Origin: Acidobacteriota bacterium
GTDB taxonomy: Bacteria; Acidobacteriota; UBA6911; RPQK01; JAJDTT01
Reading direction: 5' to 3'
Assembly (NCBI GenBank): GCA_965217775.1
Contig: CBDCJH010000002.1
Coordinates: 6,048,001 to 6,112,000 of the forward strand
DNA: 64,000 nucleotides
The position numbers and the translations under genes were made by a program. Of this stretch, positions 9,570 through 20,069 are shown one piece after another (the stretch's first letter is position 1; the number at the start of each line of letters is the position of its first letter). The notes beneath the pieces were generated by a model. It was not told where the DNA came from. It was given only the letters and a program-made list of their open reading frames with translations, and did not search any database.

Positions 9570-11456
9570 ATGGAGCGAGTCGCGATCGCGATTGTGGGCT
9601 GTGGGAATTTCGGCTCGCACATGGCCCGCCTGATCCAGGAGTTGGAGCCCTTCCGGATCGCCGGTTGCTACGATTCCGACTGGGCCGGCGCCGACTCTTT
9701 GGCGGCCGGTCTCGAGACATCCACTTACGAATCGTTCTCCGACTGTCTGAGCGATCCCAGGCTCGACGCGGTTTTCCTGGCGACGCCCAACCACCTGCAC
9801 TGCCCCCAGGCGGTGGCGGCCGCCCGGGCGGGCAAGCATATCTTCTGCGAGAAGCCCATGGCGCTCGACGTCCAGGAGTGCCACCGGATGATGAAGGCGG
9901 CGACGGCGGCCGGCGTGAAGCTGATGGTCGGCCACAAGCGCCGGCTGCGTCCTCAGTACGCCAAGATGTCCCAGGTGGTTCGAAGCGGCCGTCTCGGACG
10001 GGTGATGGCGGTCAACATCAATGGGTTCTACCATCGGGACTGGTGGAGCTGGTGGCTGCGGCGAGAACTGGGGGGAGGGCTGCTTCACGCCTCCGGCGTC
10101 CACGACGTCGATTTTCTGCGGCACATCTGTGGCGAAGCAGGGAACGTGTTCGCCAGGAGTCCCGTGAAGACGGATCATCGGAGCGATTTCGAAGACGAGA
10201 TCTCGGCATTGATCCACTTCGAATCGGGCGCGGTGGCGACGCTTCAGGTCAGCCCCTTCTCTCCGATTCGGACCTTTCGCCAGTCCTTCGGCGTACATAT
10301 CGTGCTGGAGCAGGGCGGAATCCTCTACGATCCCGGCGATTGCAGCGTCACCATTCGGAGCCGCGACGGCTGGGAGGAGCGGCACCGGTTCGACAACGAG
10401 GCCGGCTTCCGGAGCGCCTACGTCGAAGAGTTGACCAGCTTTGCCGATTGGATATTGAGAGACGAGGAACCGGTGCTCACTGGTTGGGACGGCCTGCGCT
10501 GCGTGGAGATCATGGAGGCCGCTTATCTCTCGGCTCGGACCGGGCGGCAGGTCGAGCTGCCGCTGCCGCGGCGGAACGCCCCCGCCATCATTCGGGGCCC
10601 CCTCTCCCGGAGGCGGGACCTGGAGGAGCCGACCCTCTTTGCCCGAGGTCTCTCCATGCCCGAGGGCCCGGCCTTCGACGCCGGCGGAAACCTCTTCGTG
10701 GCCAACTGCCGCGCCGACCACGTGTCCAGGATCTCCCCGGCCGGCCGGGTGTCCCGCTTCCTGACCACGGGCGGAAAGCCCCAGGGCGTGGTGGTCGATC
10801 CGGACGGGAGCCTTCTCATATCGGACCACAAGTTGCGCAAGATTCTGCGGGCCGGACCCGATGGATCGCTGGAGGATTTCTGCACCCACTACGGTGACGG
10901 ACGCCGGCTTCGGGGACCCAACGAAATCCTTCTCGGTCCCGGCGGGCAGTTCTACTTCACCGATCCGGGAACGGCGTGGCGCGGCCGTCGTACCGGAGCC
11001 GTCTCACGGGTCACGGAGCAGGGTTTCGCGGAAATTCTTGCGGACGGTCTGGAGTTCACCAACGGCTTGGATTTTCATCCCGACGGGTCGGCGATCTTCG
11101 TGGTGGAGACCACCAGCGGTAAGATCCTGCGCGCGCCGCTGGATGAGTCGGGGGCCTTGGCCGGACCTCTCGAGGAGTTCGTTCGTTTCCCGGGCCGGGT
11201 CGGTCCCGACGGGATCCGATTCGCCGCCGATGGCGATCTCTACGTCACCCTCTTCGGCCGCGGCCAGATCGCCGTGGTCTCCCCCGGCGCCGAGGTGATC
11301 GATCGAATCCGGCTTCCCGGTCTGTATCCCACCAACGCGGTCTTCCGGGACGGTAATCTATTGGTGTGCGAAGGGGCCACGGGCGCCATCTGGAGTCTGG
11401 CTCTGGGTGTTGAGGGGCTTCCGAGCTACTCGGAGAGGGTTTGGAACGGAGTGTAA
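9570..11456 (+). CDS. Gfo/Idh/MocA oxidoreductase fused to an SMP-30/gluconolactonase domain
   Basis: GCGNFG, CEKPMA, HDVD; then PEGPAFD, GPNE, FTNGL, GPDG, PTN. Confidence 0.9.
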   Translation: MERVAIAIVGCGNFGSHMARLIQELEPFRIAGCYDSDWAGADSLAAGLETSTYESFSDCLSDPRLDAVFLATPNHLHCPQAVAAARAGKHIFCEKPMALDVQECHRMMKAATAAGVKLMVGHKRRLRPQYAKMSQVVRSGRLGRVMAVNINGFYHRDWWSWWLRRELGGGLLHASGVHDVDFLRHICGEAGNVFARSPVKTDHRSDFEDEISALIHFESGAVATLQVSPFSPIRTFRQSFGVHIVLEQGGILYDPGDCSVTIRSRDGWEERHRFDNEAGFRSAYVEELTSFADWILRDEEPVLTGWDGLRCVEIMEAAYLSARTGRQVELPLPRRNAPAIIRGPLSRRRDLEEPTLFARGLSMPEGPAFDAGGNLFVANCRADHVSRISPAGRVSRFLTTGGKPQGVVVDPDGSLLISDHKLRKILRAGPDGSLEDFCTHYGDGRRLRGPNEILLGPGGQFYFTDPGTAWRGRRTGAVSRVTEQGFAEILADGLEFTNGLDFHPDGSAIFVVETTSGKILRAPLDESGALAGPLEEFVRFPGRVGPDGIRFAADGDLYVTLFGRGQIAVVSPGAEVIDRIRLPGLYPTNAVFRDGNLLVCEGATGAIWSLALGVEGLPSYSERVWNGV

Positions 11457-11483
11457 CGGACCACTATCAGGAGGAGAGAAACC

Positions 11484-12500
11484 ATGCCGAAACATCGTCT
11501 CGTCTGGCTGACCATCGTCGACCAGGCCACCTCCCCGCTGGAGGCTCAACTCTCGGGGCTGGACTATGAACTGGAAGTCGTTCGCTCGCCGGACCCGAAA
11601 ACAACGGTTCAGGCGGTTCGCGACGCCGACGTGGTGGTGGCGGTCGGGGTGCCGCTTCGAACGGAGGTGCTGGGTCAGGCCGGGAGGCTTCAGGCGATTC
11701 TGAGCCAGGGACATGGCTTCGATCACATCGACATCGACGACGCCACCCGGCAGGGAATCATGGTGGTCAACACCCCCGGGTTCTGCACCGAAGAGGTCTC
11801 CAATCATGCCTTGGCCCTGCTGTTGGCCTGCACCCGCCAGATCGTCAGTCTGGACCGCCGGGTGAGGAACGGAGGATGGACGCCGAATCTCTGGGGCAGG
11901 ATTGACCCCATTCCTCCCCTCGTCGGACAGGTTCTGGGCTTGGTGAGTTTCGGCGGCATCGCCCGGCTCTTTGCCCGGAAGGCCCGGGCTCTGGGCCTGA
12001 AGGTCATCGCCTACGACCCGTACATTCCCCCCTGGATCGCGCAGGAGTACCGGATCGAGCTGGTCCCGGACCTGAACGAATTGGCACGCCGCTCCGACTT
12101 CGTGTCCACTCACGTGCCCAGCGACGCCGGCACCCGAGGCATGCTCGGCGAAGCCTTTTTCCGGGCCATGAAGCCGAGTGCGTTCTTCGTCAACACGGGC
12201 CGGGGCCGGACCGTCGACGAGGCAGCCCTGATTTCGGCGCTCCAGGAAGGAGAGATCGCCGGCGCGGGTCTGGATGTTTTCGAGGTGGAACCGCTCTCCT
12301 CGGAAAGCCCGCTCCTGGAGATGGATAACGTGGTCCTGACCCCGCATTCAGCCGGGCTTTCCGAAGCGATCTGGAATCGTGGCGCCACCATCATGGGGCA
12401 GGAAGCGGCCCGCATCTTCAGGGGGGAGTGGCCCATGTCCCTGGTCAACCCCAAGGTCCGGGACCGGTTGGCTCCCCGCCGGCCGGCCACCAACAGTTGA
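11484..12500 (+). CDS. D-2-hydroxyacid dehydrogenase family
   Basis: GFDHID, VNTGRG, AGLDVFEVEP, LTPHSAG. Confidence 0.9.
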   Translation: MPKHRLVWLTIVDQATSPLEAQLSGLDYELEVVRSPDPKTTVQAVRDADVVVAVGVPLRTEVLGQAGRLQAILSQGHGFDHIDIDDATRQGIMVVNTPGFCTEEVSNHALALLLACTRQIVSLDRRVRNGGWTPNLWGRIDPIPPLVGQVLGLVSFGGIARLFARKARALGLKVIAYDPYIPPWIAQEYRIELVPDLNELARRSDFVSTHVPSDAGTRGMLGEAFFRAMKPSAFFVNTGRGRTVDEAALISALQEGEIAGAGLDVFEVEPLSSESPLLEMDNVVLTPHSAGLSEAIWNRGATIMGQEAARIFRGEWPMSLVNPKVRDRLAPRRPATNS

Positions 12501-12586
12501 TTTGAAGGGACCGGACCCCCGTCAGCGCCGGCGTGGGGCCAGCACGAATTCGTCCAGGTCGATCTTGCCTTGGGGCGATCCTCGAT

Positions 12587-12940
12587 CTACACGTACTCCA
12601 CCGGCTGGGGGTGGATCTCGTCGGCCGGTCTGCGGCCTGCGTCGCGCCGCCCGCTTCCTTCCAGTCGACTGATGATCCGCACCGTCATCTCGTGGTCGCA
12701 ACGGATCTGACAGCTCAAGCGGACCCCGGTCACGCGGCGCCGCTCCAGAACCTCCTTTTCCGCGGCCGTCATCCGCCCGGGCTCGCCTTCGACGAACTCC
12801 ACCCGGCAGGTGGTGCAGCGGGCGTTCCCCCCGCAGGCGTGCAGTTGATCGATGCCGGCCTCGTCGGTGAGAGCCAGAACCAGCCGCTTTCCGGGACCTA
12901 CGTCGAAATCTCCTACACCTTCCACAGTCAGCTTGGGCAT
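12587..12940 (-). CDS. 2Fe-2S ferredoxin
   Basis: CGGNARCTTC..RLSCQ. Confidence 0.9.
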   Translation of the reverse strand: MPKLTVEGVGDFDVGPGKRLVLALTDEAGIDQLHACGGNARCTTCRVEFVEGEPGRMTAAEKEVLERRRVTGVRLSCQIRCDHEMTVRIISRLEGSGRRDAGRRPADEIHPQPVEYV

Positions 12941-12942
12941 GC

Positions 12943-13734
12943 CTACTCCTCTTTTCTCGTTTCCGACCGTCGATCGAAGTCTTCCCGGTATTGCAGGTCG
13001 TCTCCCAACGGAACCGCCCGGAACTCGTGTTGGATGGTGCGGTCCAGCACCGGGTCGTTGAGGCCCACCAGGAAGCTGTCGCCGACGCCCAGCGCCGTTT
13101 CCGGGGGCAGGTCAAGCCGCTCGACCGTCTCATCCACCGAATCCAGGAAGGAACCGCAACCGCAGTACAGGACCATGGGATCGGCCAGGGTTCGAACCTG
13201 GTTCAGGTTCAGCAGGTACTCCAGGTCCACCAGCTCGGAGATCTTGCTGTCCTGCAGCGGCACCGTATGCTCTCCCACCACCACGTGGCTGAAGATGCGC
13301 AGTTCATCCCAGTGGGACCGGACCTCCTGGTAAGGCCAAGCGGTTCGCGCCAAAGGGTGAGGACACATCTGTTTGGGTTTGTCCGGAAAGAGGGGATCCA
13401 ATTCCCGATCGCACTGGTCGCTGCCGACGGAAACGAGGATCTCGTCGCCGTCTCGGATGGCCACGACCTCGGCCTCCCCACCCGTCATGGAGCCCTGGAC
13501 CTCGAAGTCGGGGCTCTGGGTCAGAAGATAGCGTCCCAAGTGGAAAACGGAGGGATTCGTGAGCGTGGCCATGGTGAATCGTCCGTCGCGCTCGAGTTGC
13601 TCGTCCATCTGCTTCCGCATCTCCTCCACGTCCCGGGAGCAGAAGCGGGCGCCGGAAACCGACCCCACCGGAAGGGAGCGCTGCTCGGTACCGGACCGCC
13701 CCTGTACCGTCATCTCGACGTAGGTGATCTGCAT
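12943..13734 (-). CDS. DUF2848 family protein
   Basis: GEAEVV, VGSDQCDR, KQMCPHP, HWDEL; GGAG RBS upstream of ATG 13734. Confidence 0.7.
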   Translation of the reverse strand: MQITYVEMTVQGRSGTEQRSLPVGSVSGARFCSRDVEEMRKQMDEQLERDGRFTMATLTNPSVFHLGRYLLTQSPDFEVQGSMTGGEAEVVAIRDGDEILVSVGSDQCDRELDPLFPDKPKQMCPHPLARTAWPYQEVRSHWDELRIFSHVVVGEHTVPLQDSKISELVDLEYLLNLNQVRTLADPMVLYCGCGSFLDSVDETVERLDLPPETALGVGDSFLVGLNDPVLDRTIQHEFRAVPLGDDLQYREDFDRRSETRKEE

Positions 13735-14086
13735 CCGCGTAGGATACTCCGATTCTCCCATCCTTGCGACAGCGTCGAGCTGGCGGAAACAGGACCTGCC
13801 CCTGCCCCTCAACCTGCTTCGGGTCCGACAGAAAATGGTGTGCTATCGGGCTTCATTACGCTGGACGCGTCCAATTTTTCGTGCTATTCCTGGAAAAAAA
13901 GTACGGTGGCGATTTGGACTTGTATCTTCGGGTGGCCGATCGTGGTCACTTGGTGATGGGAACTCCCCATGAAGGATCGCGTGGTGTGTCCGACCCTTAC
14001 CCAAACGCTTACTTCCCCAATAACCTATGGACCATGAGTTACCGCCGTGCCGTCCGAAGGCATAATGGTGCCGGAGGATCGTCACC

Positions 14087-15064
14087 TTGGCACGAAATCA
14101 ACTGTCTTATCTGTCGATCATTCCGATTCTGGTAGTCGCCGGACAGGATTTCGCTCCGGCGCAGACCTCGGCTTGCGCCGATCACTCGATTTCCGCCGGG
14201 GCCGTGCGGACACCAGAGGAGGTGGAGGCGTTCGTCAAGTGTGCCTACGAGTATGTCCAGGAAGTGGGCTTCGAAGAGGCTCGGAGGGCCTTTCACGAAG
14301 ACGAGCGGTGGAGAAAGGGCGCCTCCTATATTTTCGTCTCGGAAGATACGCCGGTGAGTGAAGAGACTCGCAGCTTCGTCTTCCCGCCTGACCCCTCGAG
14401 GGAAGGACAGACGTTCGCAAGACTGTTGAACGACGCCTTCGGCAACAACTACTATCAGGAACGAAATCGTATCCTGAGCCTCGCCGGCGAGGGCTGGATC
14501 TACTACGCGTTCACGAACCCGTCGACCGGCATGGAAGAGCCCAAGGCCTCCTACGTCAAGAGCATCGACTGGGACGGGACCCCGGCCGCCATCGGCTCCG
14601 GAATCTACCGCCGCGACCTCCCGGGGACATGCCGCCGAGAAGAGGTCAACGCCACGGTGCTCGGCATGGATCCGTCCAACCAGAGGCTGCAGGAATTCGT
14701 CCGTTGCGCGGCCATGGAAATGGAGTCGATGGGGTACTTCGCCTCCATCGGCCTGTCCTCGGATCCTCGTTGGAGACAGGACTCGGTCTACGTGTTCGGC
14801 GTGGACGGGAACGGCAACACGCTGTTCAGCGGGGACCCGTACCGCTGGGGCGGCTGGACCTTGGGCGGGCAGGATACCGAGTTGACCTCCCTGGCCGACC
14901 GGGACGACCTGAGCGTGGCCCAGGCCTTCGGTGAAACCTTCCTTTACTATATGTCCCGGAATCCCGCGACCAGGATGCAGCAGCGGAAGGTCGTTTTCGT
15001 CAAGCGGGTGGTCACCTACGGCCTGCCGATCCTGATCGGCTCCGGCTACTACGTGGATGAATGA
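14087..15064 (+). CDS. Secreted tandem Cache-2-like domain protein, paralogue 1
   Basis: Signal peptide; two W..G..Y(I/V)F..D..G..GW.YY...NP..G..EPK.SY.K..IGSG.Y units; no TM or output domain. Confidence 0.8.
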   Translation: MARNQLSYLSIIPILVVAGQDFAPAQTSACADHSISAGAVRTPEEVEAFVKCAYEYVQEVGFEEARRAFHEDERWRKGASYIFVSEDTPVSEETRSFVFPPDPSREGQTFARLLNDAFGNNYYQERNRILSLAGEGWIYYAFTNPSTGMEEPKASYVKSIDWDGTPAAIGSGIYRRDLPGTCRREEVNATVLGMDPSNQRLQEFVRCAAMEMESMGYFASIGLSSDPRWRQDSVYVFGVDGNGNTLFSGDPYRWGGWTLGGQDTELTSLADRDDLSVAQAFGETFLYYMSRNPATRMQQRKVVFVKRVVTYGLPILIGSGYYVDE

Positions 15065-15103
15065 CACATTATCGAAGGCGGATTGCAGATCTGGAGGATC
15101 CTC

Positions 15104-16084
15104 ATGTCTACAAATCACAGATTGTCCGGTTGCCTTTTCTTATTGATCCTGACGGCCGTCCCGCCGCAGGCATTCGCCAGCGGCGACGGTCCGTCGTGCG
15201 CGGAGAAATCCGTCGTCGCCAGCGCCGTCCAAACGCGCGACGACGTTCGCGCCTTCGTTCAGTGCGCCTACGAGTACGCCATGGAGATGGGACCGGAGGA
15301 AGCTCGCAGGGCGTTCAACGAGGATGAACGTTGGAAGAGCGGTCCCATCTACGTCTTCATTTCCGAATCGACGCCGATGAGCGATCAAGCCCATCACTTC
15401 GTTTTCCCGCCCGAACCCGAGCGGGAGGGAACCTCGCGCGGCCTCCTGATCGACGTCTTCGGCAACGACTACTACAAGGAGCAGCACCGCATCACGAGCG
15501 GCTTCGGGGAAGGATGGCTGCACTATTCGTTCACCAATCCGGCGACCGGCAGGGACGAGCCGAAGGCGACCTACATCAAGAGCATCGACTGGAACGGGAC
15601 CCCGGCCGGCATCGGGGCGGGGATCTACCAGCGGGACATCCCGGGCTCCTGCAATCGGGAAGAGGTCAACGCCGCAGGACTCTCTGCGGATCCCTCCAAC
15701 CGGAAGTTGCAGGAATTCGTCCGCTGCGCCGCCATGGAGCTGGAGTCGATGGGATATTTCGCCTCCATCAGCTTGTCGTCGGACCCGCGCTGGAGAAACG
15801 ACTCGGTCTACGTGTTCGGCGTGGACGGAAACGGCAACACGCTCTTCAGCGGGGACCCCTACCGCTGGGGCGGCTGGACGTTGGGTGGGGCCGACTCCGA
15901 GTTGACGTCGCTCAGCGACCGGGACGACCTCAGCGTGGCCGGCGCCTTCGGTGAGACTTTTCTCTATTACAGGTCGCGAAACCCTTCCACGGGGATGCAG
16001 CAGCGAAAGGTGGTATTCGTCAAGCGGGTGGTCACATACGGGCTGCCGATCCTGATCGGTTCCGGCTACTACCTGGACGAGTGA
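15104..16084 (+). CDS. Secreted tandem Cache-2-like domain protein, paralogue 2
   Basis: Same architecture; GGAGG RBS. Confidence 0.8.
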   Translation: MSTNHRLSGCLFLLILTAVPPQAFASGDGPSCAEKSVVASAVQTRDDVRAFVQCAYEYAMEMGPEEARRAFNEDERWKSGPIYVFISESTPMSDQAHHFVFPPEPEREGTSRGLLIDVFGNDYYKEQHRITSGFGEGWLHYSFTNPATGRDEPKATYIKSIDWNGTPAGIGAGIYQRDIPGSCNREEVNAAGLSADPSNRKLQEFVRCAAMELESMGYFASISLSSDPRWRNDSVYVFGVDGNGNTLFSGDPYRWGGWTLGGADSELTSLSDRDDLSVAGAFGETFLYYRSRNPSTGMQQRKVVFVKRVVTYGLPILIGSGYYLDE

Positions 16085-16126
16085 CAAGGCAGCATTTGAC
16101 CCATTGCAAGTCCGGAGGACCTCAGA

Positions 16127-17098
16127 GTGAAGCCACGTTCATTGGTCTGCCTTCTGATTCCCCTGGGCCTCGCGGCCGTGGTGCCGCACGCTTTCGCCAC
16201 CGCTGACGATCTCTCTTGCGCGGACAAGTCCGTCGCCGCCGGCGCCGTTCGCACTCGGGACGACATTCGGGCCTTCGTTCAATGCGCCTATGAATACACC
16301 CTCGAAGTCGGCACCGAAGCCGCCCGGCGGGCCTTTAACGAAGAAGAGCGCTGGAAGAGTGGACCGATCTACGTCTTCGTCGCCGTCGGGACGCCCGGAG
16401 ACGAGCGACTGGTCGTCTTCCCACCCGCCCCCTTGAGGGAAGGACTTCAGTTGGGACCGCTGGTCGACGTCTTCGGCAACGAATTCTTCCGTGAAGGAGC
16501 GCGTATCGTCGGCGATTTCGGAGAGGGATGGCTGTACTACTCGTTCTCGAATCCGGTGACGGGCCGGGACGAGCCGAAGGCTTCCTACATCAAGTCGATC
16601 GACTGGGGCGGAACCGCCGCAGCCATCGGCGCGGGTGTCTACCTGAGTGACATTCCCGTGACCTGCCTGAGGGACGAGGTCAATGCCATTCGGCTGGCTG
16701 CCGAGCCCTCCGATGAGAGGCTGCAGGAATTCGTCCGCTGCGCCGCCATGGAGCTGGAAACGATGGGGTATTTCGGCTCCGTCGGGCTGTCCTCGGACCC
16801 CCGCTGGAGACAGGACTCGATCTACCTGTTCGGCGTGGATGCCAACGGCAATACTTTGTTCAGCGGCGATCCGTACCGCCGGGGCGGTTGGGCTTCGGGG
16901 GGAGCCGATTCCGAGTTGACGTCGCTCGGCGATCGGGACGATTTGAGCGTGGCCGTGGCCTTCGGCGAAACCTTCCTCTACTACCGGACGCAAAATCCCG
17001 CCATCGGACTGGACCAGCGGAAGGTGGTCTTCGTCAAGCGGGTGGTGGTCTACGGACTGCCGATCCTGATCGGCTCCGGTTATTTCCTGGATGAGTGA
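16127..17098 (+). CDS. Secreted tandem Cache-2-like domain protein, paralogue 3
   Basis: Same architecture; GTG start with GGAGG RBS. Confidence 0.8.
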   Translation: MKPRSLVCLLIPLGLAAVVPHAFATADDLSCADKSVAAGAVRTRDDIRAFVQCAYEYTLEVGTEAARRAFNEEERWKSGPIYVFVAVGTPGDERLVVFPPAPLREGLQLGPLVDVFGNEFFREGARIVGDFGEGWLYYSFSNPVTGRDEPKASYIKSIDWGGTAAAIGAGVYLSDIPVTCLRDEVNAIRLAAEPSDERLQEFVRCAAMELETMGYFGSVGLSSDPRWRQDSIYLFGVDANGNTLFSGDPYRRGGWASGGADSELTSLGDRDDLSVAVAFGETFLYYRTQNPAIGLDQRKVVFVKRVVVYGLPILIGSGYFLDE

Positions 17099-17468
17099 GA
17101 CGACTTCCGGCTCCCGTCCGTCACCGCGTCACTGAGAATACGTCGAACAGGACGTTGCCGTGCAGTGCTTGTCCGGCTCCACTGCCAAGTCTGCCGGAGA
17201 GCGGATTTTCGGGGCGAGCGCTTCCGTGTGACATGTGCGTGATCGCCAGGGTGCTGGAATTCAAAAAATAATCATGCTATTGCTTGAAACAAGCGGATGG
17301 CCGTACTCATGTCCGAGTCGGCGTCCATTGTCCCTCGATCACTGGCGAGGCTGGCTTCATGCGTGCTCATGGAGCGCATTTCGTGCCCGTTCTCACCCCT
17401 CGCGGGTTCCCTATTCTCGTCTGCCGTTGCGTGAGTCAACTCTGCGGTGAGATTGGAGGTTTGTCGCA

Positions 17469-18449
17469 ATGAAAAGACATGGACTTTCCTGTTTCCTGGT
17501 TCTCTCGACCTTAATTGTCGCCATTCAGGGTGTCAGCTTCGCTCAGACTCGGACTTGCGCCGAAAACTCCGTCGTCGCCAGCGCCATTCGCACGCCGGAA
17601 GACGTTCAAGCTTTCGTCCAGTGCGCCTACGAGTTGGTCCAGGAAGTGGGCTTCGAGGCGGCCCGGCGGGCTTTCCACGAAGAGGAGCGTTGGCAGAGCG
17701 GCCCCTACTACATCTTCGTCGACGAAATGACGCCGATCTCCGAAGAGAGTCGAGCGTTCGTCTTTCCTCCCGACACTTCGAGGGAGGGGCAGCAATGGGG
17801 CCTGCTGATCGACGCGTTCGGCAACGACCTCATTCAGGAGTTCTATCGTCTTGCGACCACCTTCGGCGGGGGCTGGACCTACTATTCCTTCAGAAACCCG
17901 GCGACCGGATACGATGAGCCCAAGGCCTCCTTTTTCAAGGCCATCGACTGGGACGGGATTCCCGCTGCCATCGGCGCCGGGATCTACCGCCGGGACGTCG
18001 CCGGCACCTGCAGGAGGGAGGAGGTCAACGCCATGGGCTTGGCCTCCGAACCGTCCATCCAGAGGTTGACCGAATTCGTCCGTTGCGCCGCCATGGAAGT
18101 GGAGTCGATGGGGTACTTCGCCTCCATCAGCCTGTCCTCGGACCCGCGTTGGCGGCGGGACTCGATCTATGTCTTCGGTGTGGACGGCAACGGCAACACC
18201 CTGTTCAGCGGGGACCCGTACCGCTGGGGCGGCTGGACCTTGGGAGGAGCCGATTCCGAGCTGACCTCGCTGAGCGATCGGGACGACTTGAGTATCGCCA
18301 ACGCTTTCGGCGAAACCTTCCTCTACTACGAGACGCGCAATCCCTCCACCGGGATGCAGCAGCGGAAGGTGGTCTTCGTCAAGAGGGTGGTCACCTATGG
18401 TCTGCCGATCCTGATCGGCTCCGGCTACTATCTCGCGGACGAGGAATAG
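17469..18449 (+). CDS. Secreted tandem Cache-2-like domain protein, paralogue 4
   Basis: Same architecture; GGAGG RBS. Confidence 0.8.
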   Translation: MKRHGLSCFLVLSTLIVAIQGVSFAQTRTCAENSVVASAIRTPEDVQAFVQCAYELVQEVGFEAARRAFHEEERWQSGPYYIFVDEMTPISEESRAFVFPPDTSREGQQWGLLIDAFGNDLIQEFYRLATTFGGGWTYYSFRNPATGYDEPKASFFKAIDWDGIPAAIGAGIYRRDVAGTCRREEVNAMGLASEPSIQRLTEFVRCAAMEVESMGYFASISLSSDPRWRRDSIYVFGVDGNGNTLFSGDPYRWGGWTLGGADSELTSLSDRDDLSIANAFGETFLYYETRNPSTGMQQRKVVFVKRVVTYGLPILIGSGYYLADEE

Positions 18450-18502
18450 GATCGGCCGGAACGGGCTCAAGACGGGTTTTGCCGGACACTCCTGATTCGG
18501 GA

Positions 18503-20011
18503 TCAGTCCATGGCGTCTTTGGCCGTCTTCAACAGCTCCACCGCCTTCGTTGCGATAGCGTCTCCCGCGGGCCGGGCGAACGGAGCACGCCGCATGTAGC
18601 GGTAGGAGGCCGACATGTACTCGCCGTCCCCCACGTCCCGGCTGGTGCCGATGTAGCCTAGATATCCGTTGCTGTAGGCGGCGGGAATGGTCATGGCGAA
18701 GGGACTCTGCCGCCGGATCTGTTTCCCGATTCCGGAAAAGGCCTCGCACGGGATGGTCACCACCGCCACGTCGCCCAAGACGATGGCTTGCAGGGGAACG
18801 GGCAGGGAATCGGGCAGGGCCGTACCGTTTTTCTGAACCTCCAAAGCCCAGTCGGTCCATCTCAGCAGCGGCCGGGCCAGGTTCTTCCGGTATTTCATCT
18901 TCATGGTCGAGGAGAAGTTGTAGCCCAGGACCCGGAGCGTGTCGGGGTCGCCCGCCTCGGTGCGCCGCTGAAAATCCATCAGGTCCCGCCGCTCCTGCCG
19001 GAGCTTCTCAGGCGGCGGAAGGGGAGCATACGGAACCTGTGCCGTACCCCAGGCCAGGGCCAGCGCGGACTCGGAATTGGCCCGGGTTCCGGAGGAGGCT
19101 CGAATCAAAGTGCCTCCCAGTCGCCGTCCGGCGGCCCGGGCCCTTTCGGGACCGTCGAACATTCCCTTGACGTTGATGTCTCCCGCACAGCCCTGGAGAA
19201 AGAACCCCACGGGCCGCCGGGGGTGAAACGATTCCACCAGGTCCAGAATGGACCAACCCGAGAAATCGGGGTTGATCACCGGTTCTTCCAGGTTGTAGGA
19301 GGCCACCGGGTGGCCCGTGAAGTGTCCCATCAGGGCCAGCGGCGTGCCGTCGGGGCGATCGAAGCGAAGCAGCGAGGCCAGGGGATCGTTGGCGCCCTCG
19401 AAGTCGCCCAGCAGGATCCGGTCCTCTTCCCGCATGAAGTAGGTGGACCCGTCGGGACGGACGCCTTTGCGGTTGTAGGTGATGGAGGGTTCTTCCGCAG
19501 TCGCCCAGGAGAGCTTGGCCGGCTCGAAGCCGGCCTCCAGGGAGCGGGCGGCCTCCCGGAGATTCCTGAAGAATCGCTTGCCGAAGCCCCGGACGTTTCT
19601 CCTCAATCCGCCGAGGGTGACGATGGAGTGATTATGGGTCGCGGAGGCGATGGTCTGCTCCTGGGGAATGCCCAGACCCCGGGCCAGAAAACGCCTCCCC
19701 TCGTGCCAGATGTTGTAATCGCTGTTGACCCAGCCCAGGGTCAGCCTCCCTTGCCGGAGGGCCAGGAGACGGGTCTCCATGGGACCCTCGATCTTGCGAA
19801 CCACCGGATTGACACCGAGGGTTGGAGACGGGACACCTGTGGGCGGGGTGCAGTCGAAGCGGAGCGCGGAGATCTCCAGCTTCCCTCGCCCCACGACCAC
19901 CTGATCGGCTGCGGGTTTCCCCCACGTATGCCGCGGGAAGGGCAACAGGGAGGCTCCCAGACCCACCAGAAAGTGACGCCGGTTGGCGCCTCTTCTTCTG
20001 ACTCTTCTCAT
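18503..20011 (-). CDS. Tat-exported neutral/alkaline ceramidase-like hydrolase
   Basis: RRHFL Tat motif, ATHNHS, FTGHP, QGCAGDIN, PCEAF, YSNGYLGY. Confidence 0.7.
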   Translation of the reverse strand: MRRVRRRGANRRHFLVGLGASLLPFPRHTWGKPAADQVVVGRGKLEISALRFDCTPPTGVPSPTLGVNPVVRKIEGPMETRLLALRQGRLTLGWVNSDYNIWHEGRRFLARGLGIPQEQTIASATHNHSIVTLGGLRRNVRGFGKRFFRNLREAARSLEAGFEPAKLSWATAEEPSITYNRKGVRPDGSTYFMREEDRILLGDFEGANDPLASLLRFDRPDGTPLALMGHFTGHPVASYNLEEPVINPDFSGWSILDLVESFHPRRPVGFFLQGCAGDINVKGMFDGPERARAAGRRLGGTLIRASSGTRANSESALALAWGTAQVPYAPLPPPEKLRQERRDLMDFQRRTEAGDPDTLRVLGYNFSSTMKMKYRKNLARPLLRWTDWALEVQKNGTALPDSLPVPLQAIVLGDVAVVTIPCEAFSGIGKQIRRQSPFAMTIPAAYSNGYLGYIGTSRDVGDGEYMSASYRYMRRAPFARPAGDAIATKAVELLKTAKDAMD

Positions 20012-20069
20012 AGCCGGGTTATTCCGCTTCGGCACGGGATAACGGGATCCTCGGCGGGAGCAGTCGCGC

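Noticed and set aside
13880-13912. Motif TGCTATT..GAAA..TGGC shared with 17275-17300, upstream of Cache copies 1 and 4
   Set aside because: The similarity is short and may only be an extended -10 element.
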